Shown: one piece after another, positions 21,011-29,533 of the stretch
Numbering within the stretch: position 1 is the first letter of the stretch
Layout of the letters: every line of letters begins with the position of its first letter
Source of the DNA: an uncultured Candidatus Saccharibacteria bacterium
GTDB taxonomy: Bacteria > Patescibacteriota > UBA1384 > XYA2-FULL-43-10 > 1-14-0-10-43-13
Assembly: GCA_964543385.1 (NCBI GenBank)
Contig: CAZIYE010000001.1
Coordinates: forward strand, 279,868 to 343,867
Length of the DNA stretch: 64,000 nucleotides
Reading direction: 5' to 3'
The notes under the pieces: model-generated
The model's database searches: none
Told to the model about the DNA's origin: nothing
The model's input: only the letters and a program-made list of their open reading frames with translations
Made by a program: the position numbers and the translations under genes

Positions 21011-21515
21011 AAAACCTTTCAACTTATTATTCCGGAATCTTGTCTTAACCCAAGCCAAGACCAATAATCAGGAATCTATTTGATATATTTAATATTAGAT
21101 AAATCTAGGGTGACACTTTATTATCGAAGTAACCATAACATATTGTTTTCACCTTTTAAAGGTGAAAACAACTGTTGCCGCCTCCGAGGTGGGAGCGGCA
21201 ACAGGTACAAGTGGCAACTATTTTTCCTCCTTGAGAGGACATTTAGATTTGCCACAAGGATAGACTAATAGCCCATCCTGTTCAGACTCTTCGATGGACT
21301 GCTGAAAATCATGTTCCGCGCTGGAATCATCAGTCAACAGACCATGCCCATCACAGGGACATTGACGGCATTGCTGCTTACGTCGTCGATCTACTCTCAC
21401 CGCTAGCCTCCTGACACCCAAGCGCAGTTGAATTGCGTTGATAGTGCTGAAAACACAGTACAACAAAAGCACTAGATTGTCCATCAATTAAAAGAAAAAG
21501 CCAACTAAATATTAA

Positions 21516-22133
21516 TTAGAACGAAATCGTAATATTGTAGTAGTAAAACAAAAACACGATAATAACAACTACTGCAAGTATAATTGATACAACCCATGGC
21601 CAAGTTTTACCCTTTGGCTTTTCTTCCTCGCCCGCAAAGGAAACTTGCTGATCAGTCTCGGCTACAGCAAGCTTAGACGGATCCGATTGAGGCAAAGACG
21701 AAACATTTATATTTCCATTATTTGGCAAGCTAAATGGCGCACTATTATTCATAGAAGCATCAATTTCTTCAATATTCGGTGGTATAGGAGCACTAGCTTG
21801 ATCGAAGGAAGGGGACTGCGACACTGCTGAAGCGGCGACTGAGGCAGCATTTTTGCTCAAATCAACGAGCTCTTTATTATCGATCAGGGGAGTCCCTTGC
21901 TCAACGTTTACCGGCGTTGGATTACTAGAAATCATAGGAGCAGGTGGCTGAACTTCACTAGCAACAGGGGCAACTTGATCCGCTGTTCCAGGGACCTGGC
22001 TTTCCGGCATAAATTCATTGAGTCCGCCAACGACTTGCTGAGTATTCGGCAAGACTTCTGGAATAGGAGGCTCGACGATCTGATTTGGCAAATTAGTTTG
22101 AGGATTCTGTGGATTTTGAGTATTTTGATCCAT
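21516..22133 (-). CDS. Pro/Gln-rich low-complexity protein with C-terminal TM anchor
   Basis: 205-aa ORF; QNPQNPQ repeats; C-terminal hydrophobic helix. Confidence 0.5.
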   Translation of the reverse strand: MDQNTQNPQNPQTNLPNQIVEPPIPEVLPNTQQVVGGLNEFMPESQVPGTADQVAPVASEVQPPAPMISSNPTPVNVEQGTPLIDNKELVDLSKNAASVAASAVSQSPSFDQASAPIPPNIEEIDASMNNSAPFSLPNNGNINVSSLPQSDPSKLAVAETDQQVSFAGEEEKPKGKTWPWVVSIILAVVVIIVFLFYYYNITISF

Positions 22134-22151
22134 TATTTCTCCAATTTTATT

Positions 22152-23111
22152 TTAATCAATATTTTTTAGTAAACCTTTTTGCGCACCGATATTCTGTATG
22201 ACGGAAACTGAGTTTTCTATCCCCCACCTCAAAGCATCTTTGACCGATTCCTGAGGTATATCTGTTTTCCAATCTTCCTTCAGAAGTCTCCCGAGAAAAC
22301 CAATAGCAAACGCATCTCCAGCGCCAGTAGAATCAGTTACTTGTACAGGACGAGAATTGACGTTATAGAATTCTTTGCCGTCATACGCCTTTGCGCCCTC
22401 TTTACCATTTGTCACTACGACTATCTTGGGCCCATATGAATATAATTTCATCATTAGCTCTTCAATCTGCGGTCGAACTGGGAAATCAACAAATTTCACC
22501 GCCTCCTCTTTATTCAAAAACAGTATCGAAGTGCATTTCAGAAGATGGCGAAAATGGCTAGCACCTTTTGCAATCTGAATTGAGCCAGGATTCCAAGCAA
22601 TAAACGAGCCGTTTTCGGCCACATCTTTTACCATTCTTTTCTCGATTTCCTCAGTATTATCCCCCATTGGTGCCACAAAATACCATTTCGAATTCAAACC
22701 CTTCTTTATCTTCAGACTCTGGTAATCCCTAACAGCATGATATGTAAAGATTGTTCTCTCTCCATTTATATTAAAAATTACTGAGAAACCTGTTTGCGAT
22801 TTATTATCTACAATTATATTGTAGCGATCGACGCCCTCTTCATCCAGTCGATCTAAAACCCTATTCATCGGTGTATCATCACCAAGCAAAGTGACTATAC
22901 TAGCCTTATATCCTAATCGAGAAAAACCAACCGCTGCGTTGCAAGCAGAACCACCAATCTCATAATTAACACTTTTCAATGGTATCTTTTCGCCAAACTC
23001 AAAAGTAATGCCCCTGCCGGAGCCCAAAGTTCTTTCAGAATGCACCTTCAAATCAGGAGAAACAAATACATCCTCGAAAGCATCACCAATTGTTGTAATA
23101 TCAAATTTCAT
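22152..23111 (-). CDS. PfkB-family carbohydrate kinase (ribokinase-like)
   Basis: DSTGAGDAF signature near the C-terminus; GG dipeptide N-terminal motif. Confidence 0.8.
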   Translation of the reverse strand: MKFDITTIGDAFEDVFVSPDLKVHSERTLGSGRGITFEFGEKIPLKSVNYEIGGSACNAAVGFSRLGYKASIVTLLGDDTPMNRVLDRLDEEGVDRYNIIVDNKSQTGFSVIFNINGERTIFTYHAVRDYQSLKIKKGLNSKWYFVAPMGDNTEEIEKRMVKDVAENGSFIAWNPGSIQIAKGASHFRHLLKCTSILFLNKEEAVKFVDFPVRPQIEELMMKLYSYGPKIVVVTNGKEGAKAYDGKEFYNVNSRPVQVTDSTGAGDAFAIGFLGRLLKEDWKTDIPQESVKDALRWGIENSVSVIQNIGAQKGLLKNID

Positions 23112-23922
23112 GATGAGAAAATAATTTAATATATTTTTCGACTACCCTTTTTACTTCTTCCATGCCATCTTTTATCGCTTCTCTATAATCTTGTTCCTCA
23201 GAGTGCTCAATTGAATTTGTAAAAGCTTTTCTTATATTTGTATCAATATTAAATTTCGATACCCCTATATGTATTGCCTCTCGAATATCACCAACAGAAA
23301 GCCCTGAAGCGCCATGCATAACAAGTGGAATCTCTACAACTTCAGCTATTTTCTTCAATAACTTTAGATCTACCTTTTCACCTTTTGGAGCACCGTGCTC
23401 ATTGCCAACAGAAACAGCTATAGAGTCAACACCTGTAAGCTCTATAAATTTTCTTACCTCATCGGGCGCACTATAAACCGCCTTGTGTGATAAATGACCG
23501 CCTTCTTCACGAGCGATCACTCCTACTTCAGCTTCAACCGAAACACCATATTTATGGGCAAAATTCACCACTTTTGATGTCAACGTCACATTTTCATCAA
23601 AAGAATATTTTGACCCGTCAAACATTATCGATTTATATCCAACTCTGACCGCTTCGGCAACAACATGAAAATCCTTAGCATGATCAAGATGGATCGCTGC
23701 TTTTATGCCTGTTTCTTTTATTTCATTTGTAACAATATCAAATATCTGTGATAGTCCCGCATACTCGATTGCACTAGGCGTCGTCTGAATCAATATCGGC
23801 ACATCAAAATCAGAGGCAGCAGCACAAATTGCTTTTGTCACTTCTAAATTATTGGTATTAAAAGCCCCGATGGCATAGCCACCCTCTCGAGCTTTCCTTA
23901 ATTCTTCAGCAACGTTTATCAT
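23101..23922 (-). CDS. fba: Class II fructose/tagatose-bisphosphate aldolase
   Basis: HLDHAKDF, VSVGNEHG, MHGASG metal-binding motifs. Confidence 0.85.
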   Translation of the reverse strand: MINVAEELRKAREGGYAIGAFNTNNLEVTKAICAAASDFDVPILIQTTPSAIEYAGLSQIFDIVTNEIKETGIKAAIHLDHAKDFHVVAEAVRVGYKSIMFDGSKYSFDENVTLTSKVVNFAHKYGVSVEAEVGVIAREEGGHLSHKAVYSAPDEVRKFIELTGVDSIAVSVGNEHGAPKGEKVDLKLLKKIAEVVEIPLVMHGASGLSVGDIREAIHIGVSKFNIDTNIRKAFTNSIEHSEEQDYREAIKDGMEEVKRVVEKYIKLFSHHEI

Positions 23923-23965
23923 TTTTTGTTCTACTTTATAATTTTATAAACTTTTCACCTTTTAA

Positions 23966-24010
23966 CTATTTCAGTGCTTCTATCACTGGTAATTTTTCGC
24001 CAGCTAAAAA
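23966..24010 (-). pseudogene. Relic duplicate of the pgk 3' end (encodes FLAGEKLPVIEALK* vs genuine EFLAGEKLPGIQALN*)
   Basis: ~40 nt ~85% identical to 25367..25410, including the 21-nt exact core ctggtaatttttcgccagcta. Confidence 0.55.
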
Positions 24011-24156
24011 GTCATTCCGTGAAATCCCACGCGGGTGGCGTCGGCATTGCGACTACCACTTGGCCTATTTATCGAAATCAGGCCACCAACACTAAAAAAA
24101 ACTAAAGATAACCCCGATAATGGCCAAGATCTAACCGACTATTTTCATTTTTTCTC

Positions 24157-25350
24157 CTAATTCTCAAAATAAGTTAATGATTTTGCCATCTTATCTAATA
24201 CCAAAATATCTTGATTCGTTAAATTTTGACGATCCCTGTTATAGAGAAAAAAGAGATATTCGCCGGTACCTGGAATAGTAAAAGAAATAGAGTAATATGG
24301 CTGGTTTTTGCTTTTTGGGATAATTAGATCAAGCCCTTGAAATGCAACAGTCTTGTAGCTAGCCAACAATTCATTTCTAGTTTTCAAATTCATTCCTCCG
24401 ACCTGTATAAGCTCATCCTCTTGATCATTCTTGTTAAGATAATCCCATAGTGGCGCACTCATTACGTACTTTAGACTGTCAATATACCTAGGGTAATAGG
24501 TGTTTGGGTTTATTGCACTTCTCCAGAGGTGATAGTAGTAGCTTTGAGAACTTTCCTTGTAGTCCTCTGGCGCATGAATCACCCAGAGATCTTTATTGTC
24601 CCAAGAAAAGACATCGCCAAAAGCAGAGAGATAATCGCAGCCCAAGTTGTATAGATTGCGCTCTTTGTTATAAGTTGCAAGACTAAAATCTTGCGGGATT
24701 TCAATTGAATATTCACTACCCTTCCACTTATAAACTCCTGTCTCTGATATGAAGTGGTCGCGAGCCTCTTTATTAAGTTCTTTTGTCGTTTGGTCAAGAC
24801 CCTCTTGGTATTGCCTGGTAGAAATATTCGTCCCAATCAAAAAAGTTGCAAGAATCACCAATCCAACTATCCCTAGAATCATCGATTTACGATCATAATT
24901 AGTCGGTTCTGTCAGTACGGGAGCCATCGCTATTTTAGCAATCATGCGTTTATGTCCCCAGAAAGAGCAAGCCAGAAGGGCAATAATGGCAATAGGGACA
25001 CTTGCAACAATTTCTGGATAAGCTCGATAGATAGAAGAGACATCAAGAAGTTGTGTCAGTTTGTACCCTTCACTTGTATCAGCTAGAAATAGCAACGGAT
25101 ACACATAGATGATAAAGGACATATACCAAAAATCGTAATAGACATAGCCATAAAAAAATCCGGTGGCTAAAACTATCACTATCATGGAGATGGCAACCAC
25201 AGATCCAATGCCAGCTAAGGCGCCTCCGCCAGCGAAGCTAGCTAGCATTCCCAGCACTCCTACCAGCAAAAACAGTAAGCTTGCCACGGCAGCGCATATT
25301 ACTGCAAATCCCAGAGCCCCAAACAGTCGTATAAACTTGCATCGGTTCAT
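24157..25350 (-). CDS. Hypothetical integral membrane protein (N-terminal multi-TM + extracytoplasmic Tyr/Asn-rich domain)
   Basis: 397-aa ORF sitting inside the segment flanked by the pgk-3'-end direct repeat. Confidence 0.6.
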   Translation of the reverse strand: MNRCKFIRLFGALGFAVICAAVASLLFLLVGVLGMLASFAGGGALAGIGSVVAISMIVIVLATGFFYGYVYYDFWYMSFIIYVYPLLFLADTSEGYKLTQLLDVSSIYRAYPEIVASVPIAIIALLACSFWGHKRMIAKIAMAPVLTEPTNYDRKSMILGIVGLVILATFLIGTNISTRQYQEGLDQTTKELNKEARDHFISETGVYKWKGSEYSIEIPQDFSLATYNKERNLYNLGCDYLSAFGDVFSWDNKDLWVIHAPEDYKESSQSYYYHLWRSAINPNTYYPRYIDSLKYVMSAPLWDYLNKNDQEDELIQVGGMNLKTRNELLASYKTVAFQGLDLIIPKSKNQPYYSISFTIPGTGEYLFFLYNRDRQNLTNQDILVLDKMAKSLTYFEN

Positions 25351-25366
25351 AATCCCTCTCCAATTT

Positions 25367-26479
25367 TTAATTTAGCGCTTGTATTCCTGGTAATTTTTCG
25401 CCAGCTAGAAACTCTAGTGCGGCACCACCACCTGTTGATATAAACGATATATTCTTATCAAATCCACCTTTTTTGACCACCCCTACAGTATTGCCGCCAG
25501 CAATAATAGTAGTCGCTTTTGATTCATTCATCGCCTTTGCGATCGATTCTGTCCCTGTACAAGAATTCACACTCTCGCTATAACCAAGATTGCCATTCCA
25601 AAAAACCGTTTTTGCCTTTTTTATTTCACCAATAAATTCCTCTACTGTCTTGGGGCCAATATCTACAATTTTAAACCCGCAATCTACATCATCTGTTACA
25701 TAATCAGAAGGCAATATTACCTTATTCTTATATTTCTTGAGCATCTTTTCGCATAAATTAACCATGCTCTCACTAAACAAGGATTTACTAATATCCATGC
25801 CTTGAGCTTTCAAAAAAGTATTAGCTACTTCTCCGCCAATCAGAATTTTATTAGCCATAGGTGCCAGTTTATTTAGCATATTAGCCTTATCTTCTACCTT
25901 TGCACCGCCTATAATCAGAACAAAAGGATTTTGAGGTTTTTTGACCTTGCTTAAATTTTCGATTTCAGACTGCAAAAGAAACCCTGCATAGCTGGGCAGA
26001 TAATGAGCAATCGCCTCTACACTTGAATTTGCACGATGTGATACAGCGAAAGCATCGTTGACATATATGTCTGCCAAACTAGCTAATTCCTGAGCAAAAA
26101 GAGTGTCATTGTCTTCTTCTCGCTTATCCCAGCGAAGGTTTTCGAGCACCAATATACCTCCTGGCTGGAGAGCATCAGCAATCTTTTTTACACTCTCTCC
26201 ATTCACACCTGGTGCCATTGTAACTTTTAGATTCAATAATCTCTGGAGTTCTTTTGCAATTGGAGCTATCGAGGTATCTGGGCTCGATTTACCATCTGGA
26301 CGGCCACAGTGAGTACCTATAATAATTTTTGCCTTTTCACCAACAAGATATTTTATCGTGGGTATTACAGACCTGATTCTATTATTATCACTTATAATCC
26401 CATCTTTTATGGGAACATTAAAATCGACTCGTAAAAATACTTTTTTATAATTTAAATTAGCTTCCTGTAATAATTTCAT
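25367..26479 (-). CDS. pgk: Phosphoglycerate kinase
   Basis: VDFNVP, GGGA...FLAGEKLPG motifs. Confidence 0.9.
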   Translation of the reverse strand: MKLLQEANLNYKKVFLRVDFNVPIKDGIISDNNRIRSVIPTIKYLVGEKAKIIIGTHCGRPDGKSSPDTSIAPIAKELQRLLNLKVTMAPGVNGESVKKIADALQPGGILVLENLRWDKREEDNDTLFAQELASLADIYVNDAFAVSHRANSSVEAIAHYLPSYAGFLLQSEIENLSKVKKPQNPFVLIIGGAKVEDKANMLNKLAPMANKILIGGEVANTFLKAQGMDISKSLFSESMVNLCEKMLKKYKNKVILPSDYVTDDVDCGFKIVDIGPKTVEEFIGEIKKAKTVFWNGNLGYSESVNSCTGTESIAKAMNESKATTIIAGGNTVGVVKKGGFDKNISFISTGGGAALEFLAGEKLPGIQALN

Positions 26480-26508
26480 AAACCTCCAAATAGTTTCTCT
26501 AAAGTTAT

Positions 26509-26538
26509 TCTACCATTTAAGAAAATTGGGAGCAAACC
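26509..26538 (-). terminator. Terminator hairpin 3' of the small-protein cassette (ATTGGGAGCA...TGCTCCCAAT + U-run)
   Basis: 10-bp stem, T-rich tract following on the minus transcript. Confidence 0.5.
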
Positions 26539-26798
26539 TATGGCTGCTCCCAATCTGACTTCCTAATCGGAACTCCAGCTTGCTCGAGTATTTCGAGTTC
26601 GGTGGCTTCGCAATCGACAGTCAGTAATCCGTAGATCATGGCTGTGATTGAGATAACCGCAATAACTGGTCCGATATCATGATAGCGGTAGATAGTCCAC
26701 AAAAGTGCAACACTACCGCAGACTAGTACACGCCTCCTGGCACGTTTTGACCTCCTCTTGAGGTCAGCGATGCACATCAACACATATGCATGTGTCAT
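26538..26798 (-). CDS. Small membrane protein (GC-rich cassette, gene 2)
   Basis: 86 aa; SD GAGGAGGAG upstream; overlaps upstream gene stop (ATGA-type coupling). Confidence 0.5.
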   Translation of the reverse strand: MTHAYVLMCIADLKRRSKRARRRVLVCGSVALLWTIYRYHDIGPVIAVISITAMIYGLLTVDCEATELEILEQAGVPIRKSDWEQP

Positions 26799-26989
26799 TA
26801 TCCGCTCCTCCTCAAGAGTTTCATTCTCTGGTTATAGCACAAGGTATCTATCTCCACAAAAACGTAGATGAAGGAAATAGTCCCAAAGATAAACCCAAGG
26901 AAGGTGCCAATGGTTATCACAAACGATAGCCAAAAGGCGGTAATGATGATGCAGATGAGCCGATGGCAATACAGAAGGATCTTTGCCAT
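26798..26989 (-). CDS. Small membrane protein (GC-rich cassette, gene 1)
   Basis: 63 aa, 2 TM; SD GGAGGTG 5 nt before ATG. Confidence 0.5.
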   Translation of the reverse strand: MAKILLYCHRLICIIITAFWLSFVITIGTFLGFIFGTISFIYVFVEIDTLCYNQRMKLLRRSG

Positions 26990-27009
26990 ATCAGCACCTC
27001 CGTTTCTTT

Positions 27010-27038
27010 ATTATAACACTTTTTTATATTTTTACCAG
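27010..27038 (-). promoter_or_regulatory. Putative sigma70 promoter with extended -10 (TGTTATAAT) for the small-protein cassette
   Basis: TGnTATAAT ~14 nt upstream of the SD; weak -35 TGGTAA at 16-nt spacing. Confidence 0.4.
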
Positions 27039-27042
27039 TATG

Positions 27043-27071
27043 TTGAGATCCTAGTAAGAAAAAGGTTAAAA
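27043..27071 (+). promoter_or_regulatory. Putative promoter of the hydrogenase operon (TTGAGA-17-TTAAAA)
   Basis: Hexamers at canonical spacing ~16 nt before ATG 27088; SD GGAGGG. Confidence 0.35.
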
Positions 27072-27087
27072 TGTAATTGGAGGGTAA

Positions 27088-28038
27088 ATGCAATCTTTTA
27101 TAAACAAACACCAGCTAGATCAGATACTCAGTTATATTTCGAAGGAATATAAAACATTTGCTACTCAAAAAATTGATAGCAAGGTTGTTTTTGCCGAGTA
27201 CAGAAAATCCCCCGTACTAATTCCAACGCCAAAAACAGTAATGTCATTTAAGAAATACCTATGGCCAGATGGCCAATCTCTAGACTCTCCATCATCCTCA
27301 AAATTAGCCTTCATAGGTATCACGAACTGCGACGCTATTGCCCTGAACAAATTTTTAAGTGAATTTTCCCACACTAACCTATTGCCGAAAAGAGAAGATA
27401 TCTTGGTTGTATCAACAGAGTGTCAAAAGGATGAATTTTGTTTTTGTGGTGCTTTTGGCCATGGCAAAATACAATTCTTCGATCTTCATATACAGGAAGA
27501 GAAAACCGGCTATTCTATCTTCTCAGGGTCAAGAATCGGAGAAAAAATTTTAAGAGAAAATGGGGTAAAAAACCATATTAAGAAGCCAAAGTTGAAAAAC
27601 ATCGACCTGGGCGCACAAACAATCTTTGATAAGAAAGAACTCTCTAAAGCAATTGATGATTTGCCCCACTTTGAGAATTTCTGGCAGAAAATTGCCAATA
27701 ATTGCTTTGGTTGCGGATCCTGTAGTGCTGTCTGCCCTCTATGCTTCTGCACAAGACATGAACAAGATAATAAAGATGATGGTTCATGCAGCTCGTGCCT
27801 ATCGTGGGATTCATGTTTCGCAAAAAATTTCTCTGAAGTTCAAAACCATCACGACCTACGGCCTGAGCGGATCAACCGTCTATACAATTGGTATCATCAT
27901 AAATTTGCAAGAGCGTATTTAGATAAAAAAGATTTTCTTTGCACTGGCTGTGGACGCTGTATAAAAGCATGCCCAGCTCACCTAAATCAATATAAAATAC
28001 TTTCTTCGATAGAAAGTCAGGAAGAGAAAATTAAATGA
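27088..28038 (+). CDS. hydB: Hydrogenase/sulfhydrogenase beta subunit-like 4Fe-4S protein
   Basis: CFGCGSCSAVCPLCFC and CTGCGRCIKACP ferredoxin motifs. Confidence 0.75.
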   Translation: MQSFINKHQLDQILSYISKEYKTFATQKIDSKVVFAEYRKSPVLIPTPKTVMSFKKYLWPDGQSLDSPSSSKLAFIGITNCDAIALNKFLSEFSHTNLLPKREDILVVSTECQKDEFCFCGAFGHGKIQFFDLHIQEEKTGYSIFSGSRIGEKILRENGVKNHIKKPKLKNIDLGAQTIFDKKELSKAIDDLPHFENFWQKIANNCFGCGSCSAVCPLCFCTRHEQDNKDDGSCSSCLSWDSCFAKNFSEVQNHHDLRPERINRLYNWYHHKFARAYLDKKDFLCTGCGRCIKACPAHLNQYKILSSIESQEEKIK

Positions 28039-28829
28039 ATAACTTCGATTACAAGGAATATGAAATTCTAACAAAAGAAGAAGCTGCTCCCTCTATATTT
28101 ACCTTCAAAATATCCGGAAAACTCCAATTTAAGCCGGGTCAATTTGTCCAAGCAGCAATTCCTCACATCGGCGAATCTACTTTCGCCCCCTGCTCTAATC
28201 CATCTCAAAAAGATTCTTTTGAGCTTTGCATTAGAGGGTGTGGCTCGACGACAAGCGCGATGGCAAAGCTCTTGCCAGGAGACAATCTTCGGGTCAGAGG
28301 GCCTTACGGCAATGGTTGGCCGACAGAAAAGTTGAAGGGCAAAGACATAATCATGGTAGCTGGCGGTATGGGCATAATCCCCCTCCGACCCCTTATTAAG
28401 GAAATAATTGCTCATCGTGGCAGCTATGGCAAGATTCACCTGATCGGCGGTTTCCGAACTGTAGACCACATTCTATTTAAAGATGAAATAAAAAAATGGA
28501 AAAAATATATTTCTATCAATCTCTATATTGAGAACATTGCAAACGACCCAGCATACAAAAAAGGCTTAATTACCGAGCCTCTACAACATGAAAAGTTTAA
28601 TATTAACTCGTCGATTGTCTTGATTTGCGGACCGGAAATTATGGTACCATTTTGCATAAACACTTTGCTTGATCGAGGTTTTAAAGAAAACCAAATATAT
28701 ATCTCGTATGAACGACGTATGGAATGTGGGATTGGCGTTTGCCAACACTGTAATATCGGCCAGTATCTGACCTGCAAGGATGGACCCGTCTTTCGATATG
28801 ATCAAATTAAAACAGAACTTTCCAAATGA
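28035..28829 (+). CDS. hydG: Hydrogenase gamma subunit-like FAD/NAD(P)-binding oxidoreductase with 2Fe-2S (PyrK-like)
   Basis: RxY-type FAD motif, MVAGGMGIIP NAD motif, C-terminal CGIGVCQHC cluster. Confidence 0.75.
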   Translation: MNNFDYKEYEILTKEEAAPSIFTFKISGKLQFKPGQFVQAAIPHIGESTFAPCSNPSQKDSFELCIRGCGSTTSAMAKLLPGDNLRVRGPYGNGWPTEKLKGKDIIMVAGGMGIIPLRPLIKEIIAHRGSYGKIHLIGGFRTVDHILFKDEIKKWKKYISINLYIENIANDPAYKKGLITEPLQHEKFNINSSIVLICGPEIMVPFCINTLLDRGFKENQIYISYERRMECGIGVCQHCNIGQYLTCKDGPVFRYDQIKTELSK

Positions 28830-29533
28830 GAAAAGCACTAACATTTTATTCACTTGTCTGCTGCAATGGTTGTAAACAAGAAGCCTTAAATCATTTTGAT
28901 GATTTTCAAAAAATTCTCAATTTTTATGAAGTTACCGAGTTTAATAGCGAAGATGGCGAGATGATTAAGCCATCAGAAGTAGCAATCATCGAAGGAAATC
29001 CTGGGGACAAAGATCAAGAAAATTTGCTACGTAGAATCAGAAAACACTCCAAAATAGTTATTGCTATTGGCGCTTGTGCAAATACGGGAGGATTTCAATC
29101 AATCAGAAACAATTTGCCTAAGAAATTAATAAATCACGAACCAGTAAAAATTATAGGAGACGTTATAAAGGTTGATTATCAAATACCTGGCTGTCCTATA
29201 AATTTCCATGAGCTTTATAGCTGTCTTATTGACATCTATTGGGGGAAAACATTTGTTTTACCACAGCTTCCAGTCTGTTTTGAATGTCGAAAAAATGAAA
29301 ATGAATGTTTGATAAAGAACAAAAAGGCTTGTCTCGGGCCCATTACTAGAGCAGGATGCAATAGCGTATGTATAAACAGCGGCGGGTCTTGCCTTGGTTG
29401 CCGTGGCACCATCACACAACCCAATATCCCCAAAATAAGAGAAATCCTGGAGCCAATGATTGGTCAGGAGCAGCTTGAAAAAATTTTGATAATCTATGGC
29501 GACAATGGTAAACAAAACTTAAAAATAAAATAA
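28826..29533 (+). CDS. hydD: [NiFe]-hydrogenase small (delta) subunit
   Basis: CCNGC...GACANTGG...GCPI proximal-cluster motifs. Confidence 0.75.
   Translation: MRKALTFYSLVCCNGCKQEALNHFDDFQKILNFYEVTEFNSEDGEMIKPSEVAIIEGNPGDKDQENLLRRIRKHSKIVIAIGACANTGGFQSIRNNLPKKLINHEPVKIIGDVIKVDYQIPGCPINFHELYSCLIDIYWGKTFVLPQLPVCFECRKNENECLIKNKKACLGPITRAGCNSVCINSGGSCLGCRGTITQPNIPKIREILEPMIGQEQLEKILIIYGDNGKQNLKIK

Noticed and set aside
19811-21064. N-terminal extensions of tig (to 21064), rpsB (to 42271) and gatC (to 53841) in the ORF track
   Set aside because: Conserved N-termini (MEIKVE..., MELPSL..., MAKLSIDEV...) with SDs lie at internal Met codons. The extensions read through upstream UTR.
21218-21487. 89-aa Cys-containing ORF inside the GC-rich 21.1-21.5 kb region
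   Set aside because: No SD. Lies within a hairpin-dense segment better explained as structured RNA or a degraded cassette. Kept as part of a finding rather than a CDS.
21065-21515. tmRNA, RNase P RNA or SRP RNA identity for the GC-rich intergenic segment
   Set aside because: Could not find tmRNA ends (GGGG...UCCACCA with T-arm), RNase P P4 blocks (GGAAAGUCCGG / ACAGAAACCGGCUUA) or SRP domain IV motifs on either strand by eye. Left as an unclassified candidate.
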